DNA of 35,723 nucleotides from a virus (IMGVR_UViG_3300047289_000009:1-35723); one strand, 5' to 3'; numbered from the stretch's first letter, positions 26,014 through 33,114 are shown. The notes: generated by a model not told the origin, from the letters alone. Numbers and translations are program-made.

Positions 26014-26390
26014 CCTTCACTGAAAAATTTAAAAAAGTTCTCTGCATCATGCTTGGCATCGATGGCCAGCCCTTCATCCCTGAAGAGCGCATGACCGTTG
26101 AGCAAATCCAAGTGCGCGTGTGGGCTGTTGTGATTTTGACAATCGCATTCGTGTTTGCATCCACTGTGCTGATTGCAATCATCTCTTTGATTTTCACCAT
26201 CCAGCCAATGCTGCGTATGGCTCCCATCGATGCCATCTTTGCCAAGCAGGTGAACGATGCAATGCTGCTGTCTGGTGGCGTGCTTGGTGGTGTGGCAGGT
26301 ATGACGTTCGTCAATGCTGGCGTGAACTACGTCTACAAGAAACTGACTGACGAGCAAGAAGCTCCAAAGGTTGAAGACGATGCTGCGTAA
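26010..26390 (+). CDS. Two-TM membrane protein (holin candidate)
   Basis: Two long hydrophobic segments; ATGA-coupled to the Cys-rich gene. Confidence 0.65.
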   Translation: MTFTEKFKKVLCIMLGIDGQPFIPEERMTVEQIQVRVWAVVILTIAFVFASTVLIAIISLIFTIQPMLRMAPIDAIFAKQVNDAMLLSGGVLGGVAGMTFVNAGVNYVYKKLTDEQEAPKVEDDAA

Positions 26391-26775
26391 CCTTGGCATT
26401 TTCATTGGCTGCTTGCTGATTGCTTTTTTCGCTGGCCGATACGAAGAGCGTCAGGCAATCAAGGCAGAAGTCGAGCGCATTGAATCATCGATGCGTGACG
26501 AAGCTGCCGCCACTACCGCAAAACTTGAAAAGGAAAAACGTGATGCTCAAACCAAAGTTGACCAGCTTCGTGCTGATGTCGCTGCTGGCGCTGTCAGGCT
26601 GTCAGTCCGTGCCAGTTGCTCTGCCTCCACTGCCGCAGGGGATTCAGAAGCGCGAGCCGAACTTGACCCAAAGACTGCTGACGACCTTATCGCCATCACC
26701 GCAGACGGCGACCAAGCCATCATCGAACTAAACACCTGCATCGATTTTTACAACAAACTGAGGGAAATTAAATGA
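26380..26775 (+). CDS. Inner-membrane spanin (Rz-like)
   Basis: N-terminal TM, coiled coil, LRADVAAGAVRLSV, RAELDP, GDQAI..LN.C. Contains an embedded lipoprotein gene. Confidence 0.88.
   Translation: MLRNLGIFIGCLLIAFFAGRYEERQAIKAEVERIESSMRDEAAATTAKLEKEKRDAQTKVDQLRADVAAGAVRLSVRASCSASTAAGDSEARAELDPKTADDLIAITADGDQAIIELNTCIDFYNKLREIK
26543..26731 (+). CDS. Outer-membrane spanin (Rz1-like lipoprotein), embedded in Rz
   Basis: +1 frame, AAGGA RBS, MLKPKLTSFVLMSLLALSG-C lipobox, Pro-rich mature part. Confidence 0.85.
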   Translation: MLKPKLTSFVLMSLLALSGCQSVPVALPPLPQGIQKREPNLTQRLLTTLSPSPQTATKPSSN

Positions 26776-27242
26776 CTCAACTCACCGCGCACTTCAGCCT
26801 TGAAGAGCTGACACACACAGACCATCGCGAGCTGGACAACACACCAACCACGGCAGAGCATTGCATCATTGATGGCAAAGAAGTCATCGTGAACGCATAC
26901 GAGAACCTGCCACGCTTGGCTGCATTCTTGGAGCAGGTCAAAGTTTTGTTGGGCGGCAAAGCAATCTTTGTCAACAGCGGCTTTCGCTCTCACGCTGTGA
27001 ACACCGCAGTCGGTTCAAAGGACACCAGCGACCATCGCCGTGGTTGCGCTGCTGACATCCGTGTTGACGGCATGACACCAGACCAAGTGACCCGCGCCAT
27101 CATTGCCAGCGACCTGCCGTACCAGCAAGTCATTCGCGAGTTTGACCGCTGGACTCATGTGGCCATCACGACAAACGAAGGCGACACACCCAAGAAGTCA
27201 AAGCTCATCATTGACAAGGCTGGCACACGACCCTTTGCCTGA
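26772..27242 (+). CDS. Endolysin, peptidase M15 family
   Basis: HFSLEEL, NSGFRS..VN.AVG...TSDH..GCAADI and W.HV zinc-ligand motifs. Confidence 0.9.
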   Translation: MTQLTAHFSLEELTHTDHRELDNTPTTAEHCIIDGKEVIVNAYENLPRLAAFLEQVKVLLGGKAIFVNSGFRSHAVNTAVGSKDTSDHRRGCAADIRVDGMTPDQVTRAIIASDLPYQQVIREFDRWTHVAITTNEGDTPKKSKLIIDKAGTRPFA

Positions 27243-27248
27243 TATACT
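27240..27248 (+). promoter_or_regulatory. Extended -10 promoter (TGaTATACT) overlapping the endolysin stop
   Basis: TGn followed by TATACT. No ORF downstream, only ~70 nt to a terminator. Confidence 0.55.
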
Positions 27249-27254
27249 GGCATC

Positions 27255-27325
27255 GGTTCTTACATGCAGTTGCTCTCTCCATGTAGGTTGAAAGCCCCAG
27301 CCGTAAAAAGCTGGGGCTTTTTCTT
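27255..27325 (+). ncRNA. Candidate trans-acting antisense sRNA (anti-RBS seed TTGCTCTCTCC)
   Basis: Promoter, then hairpin CTTACATG/CATGTAGG with loop CAGTTGCTCTCTC, then terminator. The seed is complementary to the RBSs at 30425-30435, 31129-31139 and 34405-34415. Confidence 0.55.
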
Positions 27326-27326
27326 T
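27291..27326 (+). terminator. Rho-independent terminator between convergent operons (possibly bidirectional)
   Basis: AAAGCCCCAGC-CGTAAAAA-GCTGGGGCTTT followed by TTCTTT. Confidence 0.88.
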
Positions 27327-27570
27327 ACCACTTGGGGGCGCAGGTGACCTCGGCCACTATCTCTGTGGTGTAGCCATTGATTTTGCGTTTCGCGTAGAGG
27401 ATGACGGCTCTCAGGCCGTTTGTCTCACACTCACGCACGGCAACAATAATCTCGTTGCGCGACATTGGCTGCACCTTGTTGTCCAGCACCAGCTCTTGGT
27501 CGGTCAGCTTTGGTTGGCTTGAGCAGCCAGCCAGTGCCAACACGACCATGATGAGGAATAGTTTTTTCAT
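27325..27570 (-). CDS. Small lipoprotein (81 aa)
   Basis: MKKLFLIMVVLALAG-C lipobox. GGAG RBS upstream of the ATG at 27570. Confidence 0.8.
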   Translation of the reverse strand: MKKLFLIMVVLALAGCSSQPKLTDQELVLDNKVQPMSRNEIIVAVRECETNGLRAVILYAKRKINGYTTEIVAEVTCAPKW

Positions 27571-28052
27571 TTTGACTCTCCTTTTGGCCAACCAAGTTTG
27601 CTGAGTTCTGCCGACATGTTTGCTATTGCTGGCAAATTAGCTGACGGCTTGTCTTCTGTTGGGAAATACTTTTTGAACTCAGGAAGCCTGTCGTTTAATT
27701 GCTTCAATGATGTGCATGCATCAACCACGCCAGTCAGCTTTCGCTTTGCATCATGAATCGCTTGGTCTTCTTGCTCATATTTTTTGACAAGCTCTTTGAT
27801 TTGCTTTTCGGTGACATCGGCGCAAACAATTCTGCGGCCTTCATGGTAGTAACCGTTGTCGCAAATTAAATCGCCAACATGATATTCAGCGAGAGCCTTT
27901 GGTGTTGTCTTGTAAATTTTTCTCAATGCTGGTGACATGAGTTTGACGACAGCTTCTTGCAGCTCAGTTCTGCGTTTTGTTTTGTTTGGCTTGGGTACGT
28001 CTGCCATGATTGCTTTGACGATTGCCTGTTTATCCCACTTTGTAATTCTCAT
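27567..28052 (-). CDS. Nmad5-like (nucleotide-modification-associated domain 5) protein
   Basis: MRITK..KQAIV..IM N-terminus and CTSLKQL...LPE..KY.P.....NLPA C-terminus. Confidence 0.65.
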   Translation of the reverse strand: MRITKWDKQAIVKAIMADVPKPNKTKRRTELQEAVVKLMSPALRKIYKTTPKALAEYHVGDLICDNGYYHEGRRIVCADVTEKQIKELVKKYEQEDQAIHDAKRKLTGVVDACTSLKQLNDRLPEFKKYFPTEDKPSANLPAIANMSAELSKLGWPKGESK

Positions 28053-28054
28053 GA

Positions 28055-28252
28055 TTAACCTTTGGTAGTTACGAATCGATTTGATTTTTCAAAAGCCTCA
28101 ACGTCTTCAATGCGGTAGCGCACCTCTGCGTTGCGACCTTCACCCAGCTTGATGTAGTCAGGGCCGACATTGGCCACACGCCACTTTCGCAGCGTGCTGT
28201 CGGTCAAGCCCCAACGCTCACAAAGCTCTTTAGGCTTGAGGAGCTTGGCCAT
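28055..28252 (-). CDS. Excisionase/AlpA-like winged HTH protein
   Basis: LLKPKELCERWGL...TL.KWR....GP.YIKLG....VRYR..DV. Confidence 0.85.
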   Translation of the reverse strand: MAKLLKPKELCERWGLTDSTLRKWRVANVGPDYIKLGEGRNAEVRYRIEDVEAFEKSNRFVTTKG

Positions 28253-29060
28253 CTTGTGCCTCCTCTGGTTGCAACACTTCGCCAGTGTCTGCGTCCACAG
28301 TTCCCATAGAACGCTTCAGGCGGCTCAAAGGCGCGACTTGGGCCTCTGGTTCAGGCGTGATGTTTACAGGCGCTCTACGCTCGATTTGGTCAAATCCTGA
28401 CGCATCGTTGTCTGACTCGAACACTTGGTCGACATCGGCGCTGGATGGCAGACGCTTGGCCATGCGGCGAATGACTGTCTTCTTGGCCATCTCATCCCAC
28501 CAGTCAGCCCAAGGGCCAAACTTACCAGCGCGGCTGGCTGCACGCACCTTCTCGACATCGGCCACACTCATCACCTCGCGGTAAATTGCGCCGTCCTTGG
28601 TCTTGGCCACGGCGTACACAGCGATTTGCTGGCCACGGTCTGCACCCAAGAATGGCTTGTGAACGATGCGCTCATCATCACCCAGCTCATACTCGAACGA
28701 GTCTTTGTCGTACACCACGTTGGCGCTGATGCTGGCCAACTCGCCTGAGTTGCGAATCTTCTTTAAGATGCCGCCAACCATTGGCATGTACTGCACCTTC
28801 TTTCCGTCCTTGGTGTTGAAGATGACAGGCGCAGCTTCGCGGCCATCAAGCAGCAAGCCATCCTGTGCGGCCTTCATGCACGCGCCCAACAGGCTGCGGC
28901 GGTCAGCGCTCAACAGCTCTGGGTTCATCTGCACTGCGGTCAATGTGGTGCGAATGAACTTCTCGACTGGGATTTGCGGAGGCAAGGCAGAGGCAAACTC
29001 TGGCTGCATCTTTACCAGCGTGCCGCGCATCGCTTCCATAGGGGTCAGTTCTGTACTCAT
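28230..29060 (-). CDS. recT: RecT-family single-strand annealing protein
   Basis: ALP......KFIR......NP.L, AAQDGL..DG.EA, V...D.F.YELG and W..W.DEMAKKTVIRR..K.LP motifs. Confidence 0.93.
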   Translation of the reverse strand: MSTELTPMEAMRGTLVKMQPEFASALPPQIPVEKFIRTTLTAVQMNPELLSADRRSLLGACMKAAQDGLLLDGREAAPVIFNTKDGKKVQYMPMVGGILKKIRNSGELASISANVVYDKDSFEYELGDDERIVHKPFLGADRGQQIAVYAVAKTKDGAIYREVMSVADVEKVRAASRAGKFGPWADWWDEMAKKTVIRRMAKRLPSSADVDQVFESDNDASGFDQIERRAPVNITPEPEAQVAPLSRLKRSMGTVDADTGEVLQPEEAQDGQAPQA

Positions 29061-29251
29061 TCCATGCTCTCCAGTGATGTTGTAACTTCAAGTGGTAAAA
29101 AATTCACGTTTGATTGGCGCAGCTCGATGACGGCATCACGCACTGCGGTGTTGATGATGGACAACAATTTAATGCGCTCTTCATCTTTGGTCGTGGCTGG
29201 CACTGCAATCACAAACCTGCTGACGCATTTGAGTTCTGTGAAGTAACTCAT
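29057..29251 (-). CDS. Hypothetical protein (64 aa)
   Basis: 4-bp overlaps with both neighbours in the operon. Confidence 0.55.
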   Translation of the reverse strand: MSYFTELKCVSRFVIAVPATTKDEERIKLLSIINTAVRDAVIELRQSNVNFLPLEVTTSLESME

Positions 29252-29478
29252 GCTGCACCTTCAATCAAGTCTGCTTGCTCTGCGATGGTCGATGCAATCT
29301 CAACCACAGCACCTTGCTTGCCCATCATCATGGCCACGTCAACCGCGCGTGCCACTTCGATGCTGTACTGTTTGCCAGCAATGTGGCGCAGGGCTTGCGC
29401 TTGGCTGGTTGCTTGGACGAGGTACACGTTGTTGTTGCCTGTCACTTTGTAGATGCGTTGTTCTGCTGCCATTTTCAT
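29248..29478 (-). CDS. Hypothetical phage protein
   Basis: Coupled to the exonuclease gene. RIY.V....LV.A.SQAQALRH.A motif. Confidence 0.75.
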   Translation of the reverse strand: MKMAAEQRIYKVTGNNNVYLVQATSQAQALRHIAGKQYSIEVARAVDVAMMMGKQGAVVEIASTIAEQADLIEGAA

Positions 29479-30425
29479 TTTTCCTTTTTTGCTGTGAAGC
29501 GAAAGTTGCGAAAGCCCTTGCGAGCGCCGTAGTAAGTGCCGACCATGTCAGCGGTTATCTGCGTACCCAAACTGTCTTTTGTTGTACCGCAGGAAATTGT
29601 TCCGAGCTGGCTGACCACCTTGCTTGCGCTGCCAATGGCCATGAGAATCTCAGCCTTGGTTGCTTCGCGAATATCGGTCTGCTCTTTGATGGATTGGCCA
29701 AGGTAGTGGTAGCGCTCGATGAGCATGTCCAGCTCTGGTGTTGCCTCGGCAACCAAGCCATCGATGGAGTCGCCGCGCAACTGCTTGATGATGAACTCAG
29801 CATCGGCTGAATAGTCTGGATTGGGCGCAGCGTTGGCATCGACCTTGGCCCAGAACTCAGCAATCTTCTTGCGAATATCTGCACCAATTTCCTTGTCGCG
29901 CTTACGCAGCACAATCTTCAAAGTGTTGCCGCCAACCAGCAAGCACAGCGCTGTCCACTCGTAGCCTGTCAGCTCCATCTGGTGTTGGATTTGCAGCTCA
30001 ATGTGTTCTGGCGCTTCAATATTGCCAGCGCCGTCATCGAGCCAGTTGCGTGCGTACTGCAAGCCGTCCACGTTCTTGACCTCCAAGATGCCTTTGCCCT
30101 TGTCGCTGTCAAGAATCTCAAAGTCAAAGCTCGAACCCATACGCAGGTCTGGGTCGCGCATGTACACCTTGAGCGGCGCAATGCTCCAACCCATCTCTTC
30201 GGCCGCGCCGTGGGCGATTGCAGCCTCAAGGCGGTTGCCCCACTTCATGCGCTCGTTGGCCTCAAACTTGACAGACACGCCGTCACGTTTTTCGTGGAAC
30301 AGCTCGAACTCTGTCTTGTATGGTGACAGGCCGTACAGAGCTGGTATCTCTGTGCTGGTGATGTCTTTCTTGCGCTCACCCAACCATTGGGCCTCGCTGG
30401 TGATTTGGATAATCTCTACTGTCAT
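29475..30425 (-). CDS. YqaJ-like viral recombinase / lambda-exonuclease family protein
   Basis: WL.ERK..I.STE, SPYKT..EL..EK, WG..LE, S.D...LEVK and Q.QHQM motifs. Adjacent to recT. Confidence 0.92.
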   Translation of the reverse strand: MTVEIIQITSEAQWLGERKKDITSTEIPALYGLSPYKTEFELFHEKRDGVSVKFEANERMKWGNRLEAAIAHGAAEEMGWSIAPLKVYMRDPDLRMGSSFDFEILDSDKGKGILEVKNVDGLQYARNWLDDGAGNIEAPEHIELQIQHQMELTGYEWTALCLLVGGNTLKIVLRKRDKEIGADIRKKIAEFWAKVDANAAPNPDYSADAEFIIKQLRGDSIDGLVAEATPELDMLIERYHYLGQSIKEQTDIREATKAEILMAIGSASKVVSQLGTISCGTTKDSLGTQITADMVGTYYGARKGFRNFRFTAKKEK

Positions 30426-30439
30426 TGCTCTCTCCTTGG

Positions 30440-30622
30440 TTAAATTTTCAATTTAAGTGAATCGGCCGACTCTGGCGACTCACTATCTGCGTACAGGTTC
30501 AACTCGATTTGTTCGCCAGATTCTGTGGTGATGGTGATGGTGCGGCTTGCATAGTGGCCACGGTCATACACCTTGTCAAACTCAATGCTCTTCACTTTGT
30601 GAATGTCTAAACTCATTCCCAT
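30440..30622 (-). CDS. Hypothetical protein (60 aa)
   Basis: GGAGAAGCAA RBS before the ATG at 30622. MGMSLDIHKVKSIEF... Confidence 0.7.
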   Translation of the reverse strand: MGMSLDIHKVKSIEFDKVYDRGHYASRTITITTESGEQIELNLYADSESPESADSLKLKI

Positions 30623-30650
30623 TTGCTTCTCCTTGTGTTTGTATGTGCTA

Positions 30651-30683
30651 ATTTTAGCATGGATTGTTGATGCTGCATCAACT
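30651..30683 (-). promoter_or_regulatory. Leftward extended -10 promoter (TGcTAAAAT) with palindromic operator TGTTGA-N7-TCAACT
   Basis: Operator at 30665-30683 (GTTGATGC-T-GCATCAAC) covers the -35 region. Confidence 0.6.
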
Positions 30684-30747
30684 CTTTTTGTTGGGGCAGT
30701 TGGGGCATTTGCGTGACTGGCAGACCCCCAACTCTTCGCATGTGCGC

Positions 30748-31128
30748 TTAACCACGGCTGTGGCCCCACGATGGCATGACCCAGTCGTTCATCTTGTTGA
30801 CGAGGTCTGAGTGCAGCTCCTTCTTTTGAATGTTCCCTCGCAGGTAAGCATCCCAGTCGGCCATCATCTGCTGCCAGTGGACATGCAGATATTTGTGGGC
30901 GCGAGCTTGTGACTCGAACTTGAAGCTCTCAGGTGCGTACTGGTTGATGCGCTCCTGAATCCACTCAGTGATGCCTTGCTGCTGCTTGGCCAACGCAGCC
31001 TGTGCGGCCGACTTGAGTGGGCTGTCCTTGAGGCTGTCCAACCAGCATGACAGGGTTGCCCATTGCATGAAGCCGTCTTGAGTGACGCGACCTTGAATGC
31101 CATCGAATGTGAAAGTTGCTGTTGTCAT
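30748..31128 (-). CDS. Hypothetical early protein (126 aa)
   Basis: First gene of the leftward operon, GGAGAGAGCAA RBS. Confidence 0.7.
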   Translation of the reverse strand: MTTATFTFDGIQGRVTQDGFMQWATLSCWLDSLKDSPLKSAAQAALAKQQQGITEWIQERINQYAPESFKFESQARAHKYLHVHWQQMMADWDAYLRGNIQKKELHSDLVNKMNDWVMPSWGHSRG

Positions 31129-31151
31129 TTGCTCTCTCCGTGTTGTTGATG

Positions 31152-31170
31152 TGTTGATTCTAGTTCAACA
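31152..31170. promoter_or_regulatory. Operator TGTTGA-N7-TCAACA overlapping leftward -10 (TAGAAT)
   Basis: Perfect 6-bp inverted repeat in the AT-rich divergent intergenic region. Confidence 0.65.
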
Positions 31171-31247
31171 TTTCATGCATTTTTACGTTCCAATAAAAAT
31201 AAATTTGTAGTTTGACCTTTTGTTTTCAAAAACCAGTGGTCAATGTT

Positions 31248-31266
31248 CGTTGAGTTTGTGTCATCA
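31248..31266. promoter_or_regulatory. Degenerate operator CGTTGA-N7-TCATCA upstream of the Cro-like gene
   Basis: Same spacing as the other two operators; ends 7 nt before the ATG at 31274. Confidence 0.5.
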
Positions 31267-31273
31267 TTGGGGG

Positions 31274-31492
31274 ATGACTACACAAAACCTCACACCAGTC
31301 GATTTGGTGATTAACTCGTTTGGCGGCGTGCGAAAGCTCGCTCGCGCAATAGACCGCGACCCTGCGGCCATCTCGCGGTGGCGCAAGTCAGGCACTGTGC
31401 CAACGCCTGTGCAGCGCAAGCTGCTTGAGCTAGCATGGGCGCGTGGCATCAACATCAGCGCACACGACCTCATCTTTGGCCGTGAAGCATGA
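31274..31492 (+). CDS. Cro-like HTH regulator (72 aa)
   Basis: VINSFGGVRKLARAI......ISRWRK.G.VP motif. First gene of the rightward operon. Confidence 0.85.
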   Translation: MTTQNLTPVDLVINSFGGVRKLARAIDRDPAAISRWRKSGTVPTPVQRKLLELAWARGINISAHDLIFGREA

Positions 31493-31845
31493 TTGATGCG
31501 TTGCTGCCGTGGCCACCCACGGTCAACACATACTGGCGCAACATCAAAGGGCGCACCATCATCAGTGAGCGCGGCCGCTTGTACCGACTGAAGGTATACG
31601 GCCAGTTCAAAGCTGAAGGCTACACCGCACCAATGACTGGGCGCTTGGCCATCAAGATTGCAGCCTACCCGCCTGACAAACGGAGGCGCGACCTTGACAA
31701 CATCCTGAAGGCATTACTCGATTCGTTGACGTTTTCGCAAGTCATCGAAGACGACTCGCAGTTTGACTTCATCTCTGTAGCGCGGCGCAACGTCATCACT
31801 GACGGCGCTGTGCGAATCACTATCACTCAACTGGAGCAACTATGA
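31489..31845 (+). CDS. rusA: RusA-family Holliday junction resolvase
   Basis: LPWPPTVNTYWR and PPDKRRRDLDNILKALLDSL.....IEDDSQ. Confidence 0.95.
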   Translation: MIDALLPWPPTVNTYWRNIKGRTIISERGRLYRLKVYGQFKAEGYTAPMTGRLAIKIAAYPPDKRRRDLDNILKALLDSLTFSQVIEDDSQFDFISVARRNVITDGAVRITITQLEQL

Positions 31846-32252
31846 ACCTCGGCGTTTTAACTGGCAACCTTGGGCGCGACCCTGAGATGCGTCATCACAA
31901 TGGCGATGCCATTTTGAACTTTGCAATCGGCGTGCAGACTGGCACACGCGACAAACCAAACACGATGTGGGTTGACTGCACGATGTGGGGCAAGCGTGCC
32001 GAAGCTGTGCAGCCTTACTTGGCCAAGGGCATGCGCGTCACCGTGCAAGGCCCACTCAGCATGGAAGAGTACAAGGCCAAAGACGGCACGCCTCGCACCA
32101 AGCTCAAGCTCAAGGTGGACAACCTCGACCTGCCACCAAAGAGCGAAGGCAGTGCAGCACCTGCACCACGTCAGGCAGCGCCAGCACCAGCACCAGCGTC
32201 TACGCCAGCACAAGGTGGCTTTGACGACATGGACGATGACATCCCTTTCTAG
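31842..32252 (+). CDS. ssb: Single-stranded DNA-binding protein
   Basis: GNLGRDPE, WGKRAE....YL.KG..V.V.G and acidic DDDIPF tail. Confidence 0.95.
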   Translation: MNLGVLTGNLGRDPEMRHHNGDAILNFAIGVQTGTRDKPNTMWVDCTMWGKRAEAVQPYLAKGMRVTVQGPLSMEEYKAKDGTPRTKLKLKVDNLDLPPKSEGSAAPAPRQAAPAPAPASTPAQGGFDDMDDDIPF

Positions 32253-32261
32253 AAAGAACAC

Positions 32262-32573
32262 ATGGAACAATTTCGCAACATTCGCGGCTGGGCCGAAGCT
32301 CGCAACCTAGTCAACGGCAGCACGCCTTAGAAGCAATTCGTCAAACTGGTGGAGGAGGTCGGCGAGCTGGCCGCTGGCATTGCACGAAAGAACCGTGGCG
32401 CAATCATGGACGGCATCGGTGACGCAGTCGTTGTGCTGACCATATTGGCTGCACAGTACGGTGTCACTGTTGAAGAGTGCATCGATGCAGCTTGGGACGA
32501 AATCAAAGACCGCAAAGGTCGAATGATTGAAGGCGTGTTTGTCAAAGAGGCAGACCTGCCGCCACGTCAGTAA
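32262..32573 (+). pseudogene. MazG-like NTP pyrophosphatase interrupted by an in-frame TAG
   Basis: MEQFRNIRGWAEARNLVNGSTP*KQFVKLVEEVGELA...DGIGD..VVL...AWDEIKDRKG. TAG at 32328-32330. Confidence 0.8.
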
Positions 32574-32578
32574 GTTAA

Positions 32579-32642
32579 GGGGGAAAGCTGGGGCATCCTG
32601 CCCACCTATCAACCGATAGAGCTACAGTTCGGTGAGTACCCC
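32579..32642 (+). ncRNA. Candidate structured RNA element (multibranch, loop-E-like)
   Basis: GGGG/CCCC closing stem, GAA/AGUA internal loop, GCUG/CGGU helix, and hairpins GGGCA/UGCCC and CUAUC/GAUAG. Confidence 0.55.
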
Positions 32643-32658
32643 ACCTTTGGAGAATCAA

Positions 32659-32865
32659 ATGGCACTCGGAACCGAAGCAAGAGTCTGCGAAGACATCACC
32701 CGCCGCCAAGCATTTGGCCTCAACAAGTACGGCATGCAGGTGGCCAACAACCCGCTTGAGCTGCGTGCATGGCTTCAGCACCAGTACGAAGAGCTGCTCG
32801 ATGCGGCCATCTATTGCCGCCGCGCAATCGAAGAGTTGGACAAATCCACCGAGCTTAAAAAATAG
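32659..32865 (+). CDS. Small all-alpha NTP pyrophosphatase-like protein (68 aa)
   Basis: GGAG RBS. R...G..KYG......L....WLQH..EELLDAAIY motif. Confidence 0.7.
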   Translation: MALGTEARVCEDITRRQAFGLNKYGMQVANNPLELRAWLQHQYEELLDAAIYCRRAIEELDKSTELKK

Positions 32866-32885
32866 TTTTTGCTCCGTTATATCTG

Positions 32886-32894
32886 TGATATAGT
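32886..32894 (+). promoter_or_regulatory. Extended -10 promoter (TGaTATAGT) for the replication operon
   Basis: AT-rich intergenic region; differs by one base from the TGATATACT at 27240. Confidence 0.5.
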
Positions 32895-32925
32895 CATACT
32901 CATAGTCAACAACATGGAGTATGAG

Positions 32926-33114
32926 ATGAGCGGAAAACGGATGCAAGCAGCCCGACTGGGCGAGAAGAAGTTCAAGGGCAACCCTTGCAAAGTTTGCGGC
33001 GGCACTGAGCGATACACAGCCAGCGGCGGCTGCGTTGCGTGCGCTTCCAAGCACTCAAAGGTGTATCGCGAGCGCATTCAGGAAACCATGAAGCAGTCAA
33101 ACGGAGCTGCATGA
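32926..33114 (+). CDS. Small Zn-binding protein (62 aa)
   Basis: GGAG RBS. GNPCKVCG.TERY....GCVAC has two CxxC motifs. Confidence 0.75.
   Translation: MSGKRMQAARLGEKKFKGNPCKVCGGTERYTASGGCVACASKHSKVYRERIQETMKQSNGAA

Noticed and set aside
27211-27248. TTGACA at 27211 as the -35 for TATACT at 27243
   Set aside because: The spacer is 26 nt, too long; only the extended -10 is supported.
32579-32642. tRNA gene
   Set aside because: Cloverleaf-like, but it lacks a 7-bp acceptor stem, a 7-nt anticodon loop and a canonical T-arm.
1307-32865. Genome-wide TAG recoding (genetic code 15)
   Set aside because: TAG ends portal, ssb (after the canonical DDDIPF) and the 32659 gene, and only one internal TAG was seen.
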